DNA from: an uncultured delta proteobacterium | GTDB taxonomy: Bacteria > Myxococcota_A > Polyangia > Polyangiales > Polyangiaceae | Length of the DNA stretch: 64,000 nucleotides | Assembly (NCBI GenBank): GCA_963806225.1 | Contig: CAWDXG010000001.1 | Span: 1,344,001 to 1,408,000, forward strand | Direction of reading: 5' to 3' | Shown here: positions 19,469 to 29,240 of the stretch, one piece after another | How positions within the stretch are numbered: the stretch's first letter is position 1 | Layout of the letters: every line of letters begins with the position of its first letter | Made by a program: the position numbers and the translations under genes | Notes under the pieces: model-generated | The model's database searches: none | What the model saw: the letters and a program-made list of their open reading frames with translations, nothing else | Told to the model about the DNA's origin: nothing

Positions 19469-21094
19469 ATGGTCGTCCGCGGTCGTGTCGGCGCGTTGCG
19501 CCGCAGACCAGGAGGGAATCCCGTTCTGACGCGCGCTCGATGGCTCTGGCTTCTCCTCGTGGTCGCCGGCGTGGCGACCGCGGTAGGGCTTGTCGCACGC
19601 GGTGGAAGCCAGGCGCCAGCCGCCGCAGCGACGGCGCCGCCGCGCCCCGGCGAGCTCGTGGTGGCGCTGCAGGCCGACGGCAAGACGCTGGACCCGCACG
19701 CCGCGTCGGACGCCGCGTCGATGCGGCTCACCGAGAACATGTACAGCACCCTGATGCGCTACACGCGGCGCTACGGCGACGTGGAGCCGGATCTGGCAGA
19801 GAGCTACGAGATCTCGCCCGACAAGAAGCGCTACACGTTCCATCTGCGCCACGGCGTGCGCTTCCACACGAGCGGCCGTGAGTTGGAAGCGGCCGATGTG
19901 GAGTATTCCATCGAGAGGATCCGGGCGAAGAAGCTCCGCGCCGACCAGTTCGCGCCCGTGAAACGCATCCAGACGCCGGACCGCTACACGGTGGTGCTGG
20001 AACTGTCGCAGCCCTTTGCGCCGCTGCTCGTGTACCTGGCGCACCCGATGAACGCCATCATGGACCGTCGGCTCATGAAGGAGAAGGGCGACGCCGTGCT
20101 GCGCCGCCATGATGCCGGCAGCGGACCTTTCCGCATGGTTGAATGGAAGAAGGACGACCACCTGACGCTGGAGCGCGATCCGCACTACTATGTTCGCGGG
20201 CTGCCGCGCGTCGAGCGGCTGGTCTACCGCGCCATCGCGGACGAGAACGCGCGAACCACGGCGCTCCAGACCGGCGAGGTCGACATCGAGCTCGATGTGC
20301 CGCCGCGCGACGTGGCGGAGCTCCGTCGCGACCCGGCCCTGAGCGTCGAATCGGTGCCCGGCACGTTCTGGGAGTACATCGGGCTGAACACGCGCCGTCC
20401 GCCGTTCGATGACGCGCGCGTGCGGCAGGCGATCGCCTGGGCGGTCGATCGCAACCTGCTCGACCGGCTGGTCAAGCTCGGGCGCGCCACGGTGCTGGAC
20501 GGCGGCAACATCCCGCCCTCGCACTGGGCCTACGCGGGCCTGCACGTCTACCCGCACCGCGATCTGGCTCGCGCCAGGCGTCTGCTGCGGCAGGCCGGCC
20601 ACGCCGGCGGGTTTTCTACCACACTGAAGGTCGGTTCGTCCTTCCCGTACCAGGTGAACGCCGCCCAGGTGATCAAGCAGCAGCTCCGCGACGTCGGCAT
20701 CCGCGTCCACATCGTGATGCAGGAGTCGGGGCTGTTCTTCGACTCGCTCGGCCGCCACGACTTCGACATGGATGTGGTCGGCTGGGTGGGGTTCGTGGAC
20801 CCGGACGAGTGGACGTACAACCTGTTCCACAGCGGCGGGAAGTACAACCAACAGGGCTACTCGAACCCCGCGCTCGACAAGCTGCTCGAGCTCGGGCGCA
20901 AGCTCGGGGATCGACAGCGCCGCAAGCAGATCTACACGAAGATCCAGCGCATCGTCGCCGCCGATGCGCCGATGGTCTTCCTCTACGACAATAGCCAGAT
21001 CTCCGCTACACGCCGCCGCGTGAAGGGCTTCTTCGTGCATCCCACAGCGAGCACCATCTTCCTGCGCGACGTGTCGCTCGGGAGCGCGAGGTAG
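19469..21094 (+). CDS. Peptide/nickel ABC transporter substrate-binding protein (family 5)
   Basis: LDPH, PDLAESYEIS, YTFHLRHGVRFH, GSGPF. Start is uncertain (alternative near 19526 after GGAGG). Confidence 0.88.
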   Translation: MVVRGRVGALRRRPGGNPVLTRARWLWLLLVVAGVATAVGLVARGGSQAPAAAATAPPRPGELVVALQADGKTLDPHAASDAASMRLTENMYSTLMRYTRRYGDVEPDLAESYEISPDKKRYTFHLRHGVRFHTSGRELEAADVEYSIERIRAKKLRADQFAPVKRIQTPDRYTVVLELSQPFAPLLVYLAHPMNAIMDRRLMKEKGDAVLRRHDAGSGPFRMVEWKKDDHLTLERDPHYYVRGLPRVERLVYRAIADENARTTALQTGEVDIELDVPPRDVAELRRDPALSVESVPGTFWEYIGLNTRRPPFDDARVRQAIAWAVDRNLLDRLVKLGRATVLDGGNIPPSHWAYAGLHVYPHRDLARARRLLRQAGHAGGFSTTLKVGSSFPYQVNAAQVIKQQLRDVGIRVHIVMQESGLFFDSLGRHDFDMDVVGWVGFVDPDEWTYNLFHSGGKYNQQGYSNPALDKLLELGRKLGDRQRRKQIYTKIQRIVAADAPMVFLYDNSQISATRRRVKGFFVHPTASTIFLRDVSLGSAR

Positions 21095-21099
21095 CGACG

Positions 21100-22041
21100 A
21101 TGCTGGGCTACGCGCTCCGGCGCCTCGCGATCTTCGTGCCGATGCTCTTCGGCGTGTCGATCGTCGCGTTCGCTCTGGTGCGGCTGGTGCCCGGCGATAC
21201 TGTCACGGCCATGCTGGGCGCCCGCTACAACGACAAGGACGCGCAGTCGCTCCGCCAGGAGTACGGACTCGACCGGAGCGAGCCGCACCAGTACGCGGTG
21301 TGGCTCGGCAAGGTGGTCCGCGGCGATCTCGGCAAGTCCCGCTTCACCGGCACGCCGGTGGCTGAAGCGATCGCACAGCGGCTGCCCGTCACGCTGGAGC
21401 TGGCCGCCCTGGCGCTCTTGATCGCGCTCTCCGTCGGCATCCCGCTCGGCACGCTGAGCGCGATGTATCGCCGTGGCCCGGCCGACTACGCAGCCAACGT
21501 CGGCGGCCTGATGGGCATCTCTGTTCCCGGCTTCTGGCTCGGCACCATGCTCGTGCTGGTGTTCGCGCTCGGGCTCGGCTGGTTGCCGTCCGGGGGCTTC
21601 GTGCCGCTGTCCCAGGGCTTCGGAAGAAACCTGCGCCACATGATCCTGCCGGCCGTCGCCCTCGGCGGGGCGGTGTCCGGCGTGGTGCTCCGCATGACGC
21701 GCTCGAGCCTGCTGGAGGTGCTCGACCGCGACTACATCCGCGTCGCGCGCGCCAAGGGGCTGCCCTGGCGCAGCGTGGTCGTCAAGCACGCGCTCCGCAA
21801 CGCCTTCATCCCGGTTCTGACGGTGATCGGCATCCAGGCCGGCTATCTGCTCGGCGGTTCCGTGGTGATCGAGCAGGTGTTCTCCCTGCCCGGCGTCGGC
21901 CGGCTCGCGTTCCAGGCGCTCGGCAATCGCGATTACCCGCTGTTCCAGGCGACGGTGCTGTTTATCGCCGCTGCCTTCATCACGATCAACCTGGTGGTCG
22001 ACCTGCTCTACGCCCGCCTCGACCCGAGGCTCCGGCGATGA
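21100..22041 (+). CDS. Peptide ABC permease (DppB/OppB-like)
   Basis: GDLGKS, RLPVTLEL, DYIRVARAKGL, RDYPL. Confidence 0.92.
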   Translation: MLGYALRRLAIFVPMLFGVSIVAFALVRLVPGDTVTAMLGARYNDKDAQSLRQEYGLDRSEPHQYAVWLGKVVRGDLGKSRFTGTPVAEAIAQRLPVTLELAALALLIALSVGIPLGTLSAMYRRGPADYAANVGGLMGISVPGFWLGTMLVLVFALGLGWLPSGGFVPLSQGFGRNLRHMILPAVALGGAVSGVVLRMTRSSLLEVLDRDYIRVARAKGLPWRSVVVKHALRNAFIPVLTVIGIQAGYLLGGSVVIEQVFSLPGVGRLAFQALGNRDYPLFQATVLFIAAAFITINLVVDLLYARLDPRLRR

Positions 22042-22874
22042 GGGGGCTCTCCTCGATGGTGCGCGGGCGGCTGGCCCGCGCCGGCGCGTTCGTGATCGTC
22101 GCGTACGCCGTGGTGGCGCTCGCGGCACCGCTCATCGCGCCGTACGACCCTTATTCGATGCAGGTCGACCACGTGCTGTCGGCGCCGGGGTTGCACCACT
22201 GGTTCGGCACCGACTCGCTGGGGCGTGACGTGCTGAGCCGCGTGCTGTACGGCGCGCGCATCTCGCTCGGGGTGAGCGTGCTTTCGGTGGCGATCGCGCT
22301 GGTGCTGGGCACGGCCATCGGCCTGACGGCAGGCTACTTCGGCCGCTGGGTGGACGGCACGCTGTCGCGGCTGGTGGATCTGATGTTCTCGTTTCCCGAC
22401 ATCCTGCTCGCGCTGGTGGTGATCGCCATCCTCGGCGGCAGTCTGCTGAACCTCACGCTGGCCATCGGCATCGTGTACACGCCGATCTTCGCGCGTATCG
22501 CCCGCGGTGCCGTGCTGGTCGTCCGGCGCGCCGACTACGTGGAGGCCGCACGCGCCACCGGGGCAGGGGACCTGCGCGTCATGCTCCGCCACATCCTGCC
22601 CAACATCTTCGGCCCGATCATGGTGCAGACATCGCTGTCGCTGGCGTTCGCCGTGCTGGCGGAGGCCGCGCTGACCTATCTCGGCCTCGGCGCCGAGCCG
22701 GACACTCCATCGTGGGGCATGATGTTGAACCAGGGCACCGCCTGGATGCAGCAGGCCTGGTGGGTGGCGGTGTTTCCGGGGCTCGCCATCACGGTCACCG
22801 TGCTCGGCTTCAACCTGCTCGGCGACGGGCTCGGCGACGCGCTGGACCCGACGCTGCGCGGCGCGGGCAGATAG
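22038..22874 (+). CDS. Peptide ABC permease (DppC/OppC-like)
   Basis: GTDSLGRDVLSR, YVEAARATGA, PSWGMML. Confidence 0.92.
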   Translation: MRGLSSMVRGRLARAGAFVIVAYAVVALAAPLIAPYDPYSMQVDHVLSAPGLHHWFGTDSLGRDVLSRVLYGARISLGVSVLSVAIALVLGTAIGLTAGYFGRWVDGTLSRLVDLMFSFPDILLALVVIAILGGSLLNLTLAIGIVYTPIFARIARGAVLVVRRADYVEAARATGAGDLRVMLRHILPNIFGPIMVQTSLSLAFAVLAEAALTYLGLGAEPDTPSWGMMLNQGTAWMQQAWWVAVFPGLAITVTVLGFNLLGDGLGDALDPTLRGAGR

Positions 22875-22886
22875 TCCCGCGGGACG

Positions 22887-23972
22887 CTACAGCGCGGCGG
22901 TCCCGAGCGCCTGGGCCACGTGCGGCAACCGCGCGAAGCTCTCCTTGTCGAGCGCCTTGTCGAGGGCATCCTGCGGCGTGATCGTTCCGTCGCGCACCAG
23001 CTTGTCGAGCCCGGCGTCCATGCTCTGCATACCTTCGCGCGCGCCGGCCTGGATCAAGCTCGGGATCATCGCCGTCTTCGACTCGCGGATGGTGGACGCC
23101 ACGGCCGTGTTGCCGATGAGGATCTCGTGGACCGCCACGCGGCCGGAGCCATCCGCACGCTTGAGCAGCTGCTGCGCCACGATGCCCGCCAGCGAATCGG
23201 ACAGGAGCCCGCGGATCTGTGGCTGCTGGGCGGCGGGAAACGAGTTGACGAAGCGGTCGATGGTGGAGGCGGCCGAGTTGGTGTGCACGGTCGCGAAGAT
23301 CAGCACGCCGAAGCTCGCGAGCTGCAGCGCCAGACGCATCGTCTCGGGGCCGCGCAGCTCGCCGACCAGGATCACGTCCGCGTTCTCGCGCCCGGCGCTG
23401 CGGATGGCGTCGGCGAAGGTCGGCGTGTCCAGGCCGACCTCGCGGTGCGTGACCTGGCACTTGTCGGGCTGGTGCACGAACTCCACCGGGTCCTCGATGG
23501 TGAGGATGTGGCCGTACCGGGTATGGTTGATGTGCGACACCATCGCAGCGAGCGTCGTGCTCTTGCCGCTGCCGGTCGGGCCCGTCACCAGCACCAGTCC
23601 CGCGCGCTTTTCGGCCAGCGCAATGGTCGCCGCCGGAAGCCCGAGCTCGTCCGCGCCGAGCACGCGCGTCGGGATGGTGCGGAACACCGCGCCCGGCCCC
23701 GTGGTCTTCATCATGAAGTTGGCGCGGAAGCGCGCGCGGTCGCCGAGCGCGTAGGCGAAGTCCAGGTCGTGCTCGGTCTCGAACTGCCGGCGCCGGTCGT
23801 CGTCCAGCAACTCGAACAGCAGCCGCTCGATCTCGTCCTTCTGCATCGGTGCGTTGCCGAGCGGCACCAGGTCGCCCTTCAGCCTGAGCAGCGGCGGATA
23901 GCCGACCGACAGGTGCAGGTCGGAGCCGCTCCGCTCCAGCAGTTGGTCGAACAGGCGATCGATGGCAGGCAT
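22887..23972 (-). CDS. pilT: PilT/PilU-family retraction ATPase
   Basis: SDLHL, GPTGSGKST, TIEDPVE, DVILVGELR, GMQSMD. Confidence 0.88.
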   Translation of the reverse strand: MPAIDRLFDQLLERSGSDLHLSVGYPPLLRLKGDLVPLGNAPMQKDEIERLLFELLDDDRRRQFETEHDLDFAYALGDRARFRANFMMKTTGPGAVFRTIPTRVLGADELGLPAATIALAEKRAGLVLVTGPTGSGKSTTLAAMVSHINHTRYGHILTIEDPVEFVHQPDKCQVTHREVGLDTPTFADAIRSAGRENADVILVGELRGPETMRLALQLASFGVLIFATVHTNSAASTIDRFVNSFPAAQQPQIRGLLSDSLAGIVAQQLLKRADGSGRVAVHEILIGNTAVASTIRESKTAMIPSLIQAGAREGMQSMDAGLDKLVRDGTITPQDALDKALDKESFARLPHVAQALGTAAL

Positions 23973-25681
23973 CAGCCCTTCCTTCCGAACAGTCCGCGCA
24001 GCCCGCGCCCCGCGTCGGCAGCTGGCGGAGCGGCGGCGGGCGGCGGCGCCTGCGGCTGGGATGCAGTCGCGTTGGAGATCGAACGCGGGTCGTCCGCGTA
24101 GGCGCGCGCCGTCTCCTCGGTGATCGCCCCCTGCTTCAGCAGCGCGAGCAGCGAGTCCTCGATGCGGATCATTCCGTAGGCCCGACCTCGCTGCAGCAGA
24201 CTGGTCAGCTGGTAGAGCTTGTTGTCGCGGATCAGGCTCCAGAGTGGAACGTTGCCGGTGATCATCTCCGCGGCTGCGACGCGGCGCGTGCCGTCCGCGC
24301 TGGGCACGAGGCGCTGGCTGATGACGAGCTTGAGCGCACCGGCGAGCGTGGCGCGCACCTGCGCCTGGTCGTCGGGCGGAAACATGTCGATCAGGCGGTC
24401 GATGGTGCGCGCGCCCGACGGCGCGCTCATTGTCGCGATGACGAGATGCCCCGTCTCGGAAGCGGCGAGCGCCATCTCCACCGTATCGCGATCCCTGAGC
24501 TCGCCGATCGCGATCACGTCGGGATCCTCGCGCAGCGCGGCCTTGAGCGCGCGCTGGAACGACGTCGTGTGCGTGCCTACCTCGCGCTGCGACATCACTG
24601 CGCGTTTGACCGGATGCAGGATCTCGACCGGGTCCTCCACCGTGATGATGTGGATGGCCTTTTGCGTGTTGAACAGGTTGACCAGCGCGCCCATGGTCGT
24701 GGTCTTGCCCTGCGCGCTCGGCCCCGACACCACGACCAGGCCCTGATGCTGCTGCGTGATGCGCGAAAGCTCGTCCGGAAGACCGAGCTCCGGCAGGGTC
24801 GGCGGCGTCGAGCGCAGCAGGCGGAAACAGCCTTTGAGGCCGGTGCGCTGCCGGCAGATGTTGACGCGCAGGCGTCCCGCTTCCGGCAGATCGACGGCCA
24901 GGTCCGTGTAGCCGCGCTCCTCGAGCTCGCGCCGGTGAGTGTCGTCCAGCAGCGGCTCGAGCATGCTCCGCAGCTCGGCGTCGGGAAGCGGCGCGCCCTG
25001 CGGGCGCAGCTCGCCCACCAGTCGCATCTGGGGAGGGCCGCCGGAGAGAAGGTGCACGTCGCTCGCGCCCGCGCTGCGCGCCTTGGCGATGAATGCCGAC
25101 AGCGAGTCGACGCCGGGGCCCGCCGGCTTCGCGCTCCTCACCACCTCGACGGGGGGCGGCGGTGCATGGCGGCGCGGTGCCGGCGGTGCCGGCGGTGCGG
25201 CCTGCACGCCGTGACCCGTCGGCGCGTCGTCCGTATCGAGCTCGAGCCCGCTGTCGGCCACGCCGCCGTCGAGGTCGAGCTCGATGCCGGGAGCCCGCGG
25301 CGCGGCGTCGGCGGGCGCGGCCGGGGCGGGCTCGTCCGCCGAGCGCAGCGTCGCGCCCCCAGTCGCCGCCGGGCGCGGCCGGTCCGCCACCCGCGCGATG
25401 CGGATCTGCAGGCGCTCTCCAAAGCGCGCGATGCGCACGGCGTAGGCCTGGCCGTCGATCTGCACGCTCGCCGTTTCTCCCGAGCTGTCGCCCGCTGGCA
25501 CCAGCGGCGCGAGCTCCGTTCCTGCGAGCAGTGCTTCCAGGTGCGCCGGGGTGAGCGGCTGTTTCGTCACCGAACGAAGCTCGTCGCCGAGGCGGACGCT
25601 CGCCGCCGAATGCGTCTGCAGCACCAGCTCCCGCACGTCGGGGCGATCGAGAAAGCGTAGAAAACGCGGGAGATCGGACAC
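23972..25681 (-). CDS. PilT/PilU-family ATPase with N-terminal extension
   Basis: ASDVHL, GPSAQGKTT, TVEDPVE, ALREDPDVIAIGELRD. Stop overlaps the next ATG. Start is approximate. Confidence 0.85.
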   Translation of the reverse strand: MSDLPRFLRFLDRPDVRELVLQTHSAASVRLGDELRSVTKQPLTPAHLEALLAGTELAPLVPAGDSSGETASVQIDGQAYAVRIARFGERLQIRIARVADRPRPAATGGATLRSADEPAPAAPADAAPRAPGIELDLDGGVADSGLELDTDDAPTGHGVQAAPPAPPAPRRHAPPPPVEVVRSAKPAGPGVDSLSAFIAKARSAGASDVHLLSGGPPQMRLVGELRPQGAPLPDAELRSMLEPLLDDTHRRELEERGYTDLAVDLPEAGRLRVNICRQRTGLKGCFRLLRSTPPTLPELGLPDELSRITQQHQGLVVVSGPSAQGKTTTMGALVNLFNTQKAIHIITVEDPVEILHPVKRAVMSQREVGTHTTSFQRALKAALREDPDVIAIGELRDRDTVEMALAASETGHLVIATMSAPSGARTIDRLIDMFPPDDQAQVRATLAGALKLVISQRLVPSADGTRRVAAAEMITGNVPLWSLIRDNKLYQLTSLLQRGRAYGMIRIEDSLLALLKQGAITEETARAYADDPRSISNATASQPQAPPPAAAPPAADAGRGLRGLFGRKG

Positions 25682-25856
25682 GGTACCGGCCACGATAGCA
25701 CCATTGCAGCCGATTCCGGCCGGTGACGGGCGGGCGTCGGGCACGGGCCGCACGCGCCCTGCTCCCGGGCGGGCGCCGTGGACTGCCGTTCATGTAGGCC
25801 GCGTGACCAGCCGGCGTCGGATGCGAGCCGCCCCGAGCCGAATTGCCCCTGAGCGG

Positions 25857-25873
25857 CTGGCACGCTGCTTGCT
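25857..25873 (+). promoter_or_regulatory. sigma54 promoter
   Basis: CTGGCACGCTGCTTGCT matches the TGGCACG-N4-TTGCW consensus, about 70 nt upstream of the ATG at 25945. Confidence 0.75.
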
Positions 25874-25944
25874 GTGGCGTTGGGTGCCGCGCCTCGCGGA
25901 TGGTAGAGTTCGCGATCGGGCTTGCTCACTTCAGGAGGATCAGG

Positions 25945-26742
25945 ATGACCGCCAACCGTCGCCGTTTCTATCGCATCGGAGGCGCGCTGCTCGCCTTGTT
26001 GTTCCTGCCTGCAGCCAAGAACGGTTGCGGCAGCAAGGAGGCGAACACGACTTTCGCCTCGCCGGTCCAGGCGGTGACCACGCTGCTGGCGCACGACGAC
26101 GGTTCGGTCGAGGCCGAGGTCGTCCTGATCAGCACGATAACCTCGCAGCACAAGTTCATCGACGACGCCACGAACGTACAGCTCCGGGTCCCCGATGGAA
26201 CGCTGGTGCCGCTATCGCTCTCGTCTCCGGGACACTACACGGCGGACAGCTCGGGCAACGCCGCGCTGGTCTACACGCCGGGCAGCACCTACCAGTTCAA
26301 GTTCAATCTCGACAACGACGCCGAGGCGAAGAAGGCCGCCGGTGGCAACTTCTCGGCCGTGACCGATGCGCCCGACGATCAGGTCAGTTTCTCGTTCACG
26401 AAGAAGCCCGCATTCGCAGGCGACACTTCCACGGTCACCTGGGCGCCTGCGCAGCGCTATGCGCTGATCACGGTTACCGACTCGACCGGCAACGTCGTCT
26501 ACCAGAACTTCGACTTCAAGGAACCTCACTTCGACGGCTCCAAGTGGGCGCGCTTGAAGAAGGGCGGTTCGATGGACCTGGGTGTCGACGTGTTCGCCAA
26601 TGCCGGGACATACAACGTGCGCCTGTGCGCGGTCGACAAGGTCAGCGACTTCGACAAGAGCCTGTCGGCCGACCTCGGCGCACTGAGCGGTTTCTTGATC
26701 GGACGCTGCGCACCTCGGCAGACGCTCGACGTCACCCAGTAG
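25945..26742 (+). CDS. Hypothetical exported or lipo-protein (beta-rich)
   Basis: AGGAGG RBS, basic N-terminus plus hydrophobic stretch ending NGC, host-like codon usage. Confidence 0.75.
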   Translation: MTANRRRFYRIGGALLALLFLPAAKNGCGSKEANTTFASPVQAVTTLLAHDDGSVEAEVVLISTITSQHKFIDDATNVQLRVPDGTLVPLSLSSPGHYTADSSGNAALVYTPGSTYQFKFNLDNDAEAKKAAGGNFSAVTDAPDDQVSFSFTKKPAFAGDTSTVTWAPAQRYALITVTDSTGNVVYQNFDFKEPHFDGSKWARLKKGGSMDLGVDVFANAGTYNVRLCAVDKVSDFDKSLSADLGALSGFLIGRCAPRQTLDVTQ

Positions 26743-26757
26743 GACCGCGTCGGGTCG

Positions 26758-27912
26758 CTACGCGGCGATCTGCCTTAGCGTCTCGAGCGCGCGGTCGATC
26801 TCGTCGTCGGTCGTGTACGGAGCGGGCCCTAGCCTGAGCACGTCGCCGCGCGCATCGGCCCACACGCCCCGCTGGCGCAGCCGCTGCACTGCGCCGGCGG
26901 CGTCGGACAGCCGGAGCGCTACGAAGCCGCCACGCTCGTCGGCGGCTCGCGGCGTGAGCACATCGAAGCCGTCGAGGCCCGCGATGAGCCGCCCGGTCTG
27001 GCCGAGCGAGAGCTGGCGCAGGCGATCCACGGAAAGCCCTTGCTCGCGGAAGAACTCCGCAACGGCGAGCGCCCGGTAGTGGCTTGACGGATCGTAGGTG
27101 CTGCCCGCGAAGCGATCGCACGGCCGCTCTCCGTAGTGTACGGGCCCGGCGCCGCGCGGGCTGTCGAGGTGCGCGAAGTCGCTGAACCACCCCGTGTACA
27201 CGGGTCGCAACCCGGTGTCCGGCGGCACGCGCAGAAAGCAGCAGCCTTCGCCCCACTGCGCGTACTTGTAGCCGCCCGCCGTCACGAAGATCGGATCGGG
27301 CCCCAGCTCCTCGATGCGGAACGGCACCACGTTGAACGCGTGATAGGCGTCGAGCAGCACCTGGGCGCCGGCGCGCTGCGCGGCCGCGATCGCTTCGCCG
27401 AGCCCGCCCAGGCGCGCCGAGGTCTCGAACAGCACCGTCGAGACCAGGAGCGCGGCGGTTCGTTCGTCGATCGCCGCGGCGAGCCGCCCCGGCAACGAGG
27501 CGTGCGGCTCGGCGTCGACGAAGTGCACCTCTACGCCTTCCTCCGCTAGTCGCCGGAGCTGCCGGTCCAGGCTGTGGAACTCGCCGGAGGTCGTGACCAG
27601 CCGCGGCCGCCGCCGGAGATCCAGCGCGGACAGGAAGCGCGAAACCAGCTCGTGCGTGCTCTGCCCGAGTGCGATCTGATCGATCCCGCCGCCGATGCGC
27701 TCGACCACCGCCGCGCGCAGGTCGTCGGCGACCTCGGCCGCGCGCTGCCACTTGTCGTCGACGTGCTCCGCTGCGTCGTCGAAGGCCCGGGTGAGCCCCG
27801 CGCGGGCCACGTCCGGCCAGGCCTGGTGCGAATGGCCCGTCAAGAGGATGCGATCGGGGCGCAGAAAGGCGGAGTAGTGCGGGCGGAGCGCTTCGGGCCC
27901 GGGAAGCTGCAT
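26758..27912 (-). CDS. Kynureninase-like PLP enzyme (aminotransferase class V)
   Basis: GHSHQAWPD, EFHS, LLDAYH, GGYKY (PLP Lys), TGWF. Confidence 0.8.
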   Translation of the reverse strand: MQLPGPEALRPHYSAFLRPDRILLTGHSHQAWPDVARAGLTRAFDDAAEHVDDKWQRAAEVADDLRAAVVERIGGGIDQIALGQSTHELVSRFLSALDLRRRPRLVTTSGEFHSLDRQLRRLAEEGVEVHFVDAEPHASLPGRLAAAIDERTAALLVSTVLFETSARLGGLGEAIAAAQRAGAQVLLDAYHAFNVVPFRIEELGPDPIFVTAGGYKYAQWGEGCCFLRVPPDTGLRPVYTGWFSDFAHLDSPRGAGPVHYGERPCDRFAGSTYDPSSHYRALAVAEFFREQGLSVDRLRQLSLGQTGRLIAGLDGFDVLTPRAADERGGFVALRLSDAAGAVQRLRQRGVWADARGDVLRLGPAPYTTDDEIDRALETLRQIAA

Positions 27913-27952
27913 GAATTGCCTGTGTCACGGTCGTTCCGGCCCCGCAAGCACC

Positions 27953-27966
27953 ATGATCGAGGTCAT
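27953..27966. promoter_or_regulatory. Crp/Fnr-type box upstream of the hemerythrin gene
   Basis: ATGAT-CGAG-GTCAT, about 50 nt upstream of the ATG at 28014. Confidence 0.55.
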
Positions 27967-28013
27967 CGCGCGGCCGTACCCTGCGGCCCAGACTGGGAAC
28001 GGAAGAGGTCGTC

Positions 28014-28550
28014 ATGTTGTATCCGTCTCCCGCGCGCCGCGAGCCGCAGCACTTCGACGCACCCTCGCTCTTGACGAGCTGTCACGCCCGGATCCGTCAC
28101 TTCAGCGAGATGGCCGTGACGCTCGCGGAGGCCCGGGACGCCCCCGAGCACGAGATCGCGGAAGCGGCTCGCCAGCTCCATCGCTACTTCGCGCAAGCTC
28201 TGCCGCTGCACGCCGAGGACGAGGAGGAGTCCGTGCTGCCGCGTCTCGCCGGCCGCGCTGCCGAGCTCGACACGCGGCTCGAGCGCATGCGCGCCGAGCA
28301 CGTGCGCATCGACGAGCTCCTGGCTCCCCAGCTCGAGGCCTGGCAGGCATTGGCAAAGCAGCCGGCGGATCTCGTCACGCTCGCCCCGCGCCTTTCGCCG
28401 CTCGGGCGACAGCTGCAAGCGCTTTTCGGGGAGCATCTCGAGAGCGAGGAAAAGTACATCTTCGTCGCGCTCCAGACGCAACTGAGCCACACGGAGCTCG
28501 GCGCGATCGAACAGGAGATCCGTGATCGCCGCCGGCGCACCTACCGCTAG
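28014..28550 (+). CDS. Hemerythrin (HHE) domain protein
   Basis: CHARI, HAEDEEESVLP, EH, HLESEEKYIF. Confidence 0.85.
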   Translation: MLYPSPARREPQHFDAPSLLTSCHARIRHFSEMAVTLAEARDAPEHEIAEAARQLHRYFAQALPLHAEDEEESVLPRLAGRAAELDTRLERMRAEHVRIDELLAPQLEAWQALAKQPADLVTLAPRLSPLGRQLQALFGEHLESEEKYIFVALQTQLSHTELGAIEQEIRDRRRRTYR

Positions 28551-28648
28551 TAGCGCGCAGGGCCGCGGGCGCTGAGCGCTGGTTGACGCCGTCCTGCTGA
28601 TCTACGCTGGGAGAGCCGCCTGTGCGGTCCAGTGTGGAAGAAGGACAC

Positions 28649-29203
28649 ATGAAGACAAGCGAACACGAGCCTGCCGAGGATCTCCAGCTCGAGGAGGAGC
28701 TACAGATCCTCGAAGAGCGTACGCGACCGCCCACGACGCTCAGCGCCGACTTCTTTCTGCGGCCGATCGCCGATCTGTGTCACACGCAGGAGCTCATCAC
28801 GCTGGCGCCCGCAGCGCGCGTTGCAAAGGCTATCCAGCTCATGCAAGAGCATCGCATCGGCGCCGTCCTCATCGTCGAGCAGGAGAAGCTCGTGGGGATC
28901 GTGACCGAGCGTGACGTGATGATGAAGGTGCTCGACTCGAAGCTCGATCCCGAACAGGCGGAGGTCCGGGAAATCATGACTGCCGGTCCGGAGTGCCTGA
29001 GAAAGGAGGATCAGCTCGCCTACCTCCTGAACGCCATGCACGTCGGTGGCTTCCGGCACGTACCGATCGTCGATGGCGACGGCCGCCCGACGCACCTGAT
29101 TTCCGTGCGCGACGCGCTGGCGTTCATCGTCGACAACTTCCCGGCGGAGCTGCTGAACATCCCCTCCCAGCCGTTCCGCGGTCCGCCCTCGCAGTACGGC
29201 TAG
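28649..29203 (+). CDS. CBS-pair domain protein
   Basis: LVGIVTERD and FRHVPIVD. AAGGA RBS. Confidence 0.88.
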   Translation: MKTSEHEPAEDLQLEEELQILEERTRPPTTLSADFFLRPIADLCHTQELITLAPAARVAKAIQLMQEHRIGAVLIVEQEKLVGIVTERDVMMKVLDSKLDPEQAEVREIMTAGPECLRKEDQLAYLLNAMHVGGFRHVPIVDGDGRPTHLISVRDALAFIVDNFPAELLNIPSQPFRGPPSQYG

Positions 29204-29240
29204 CCCGAGCCGCCGATGCGGTTGGCCCGCGCTCGAAGCC

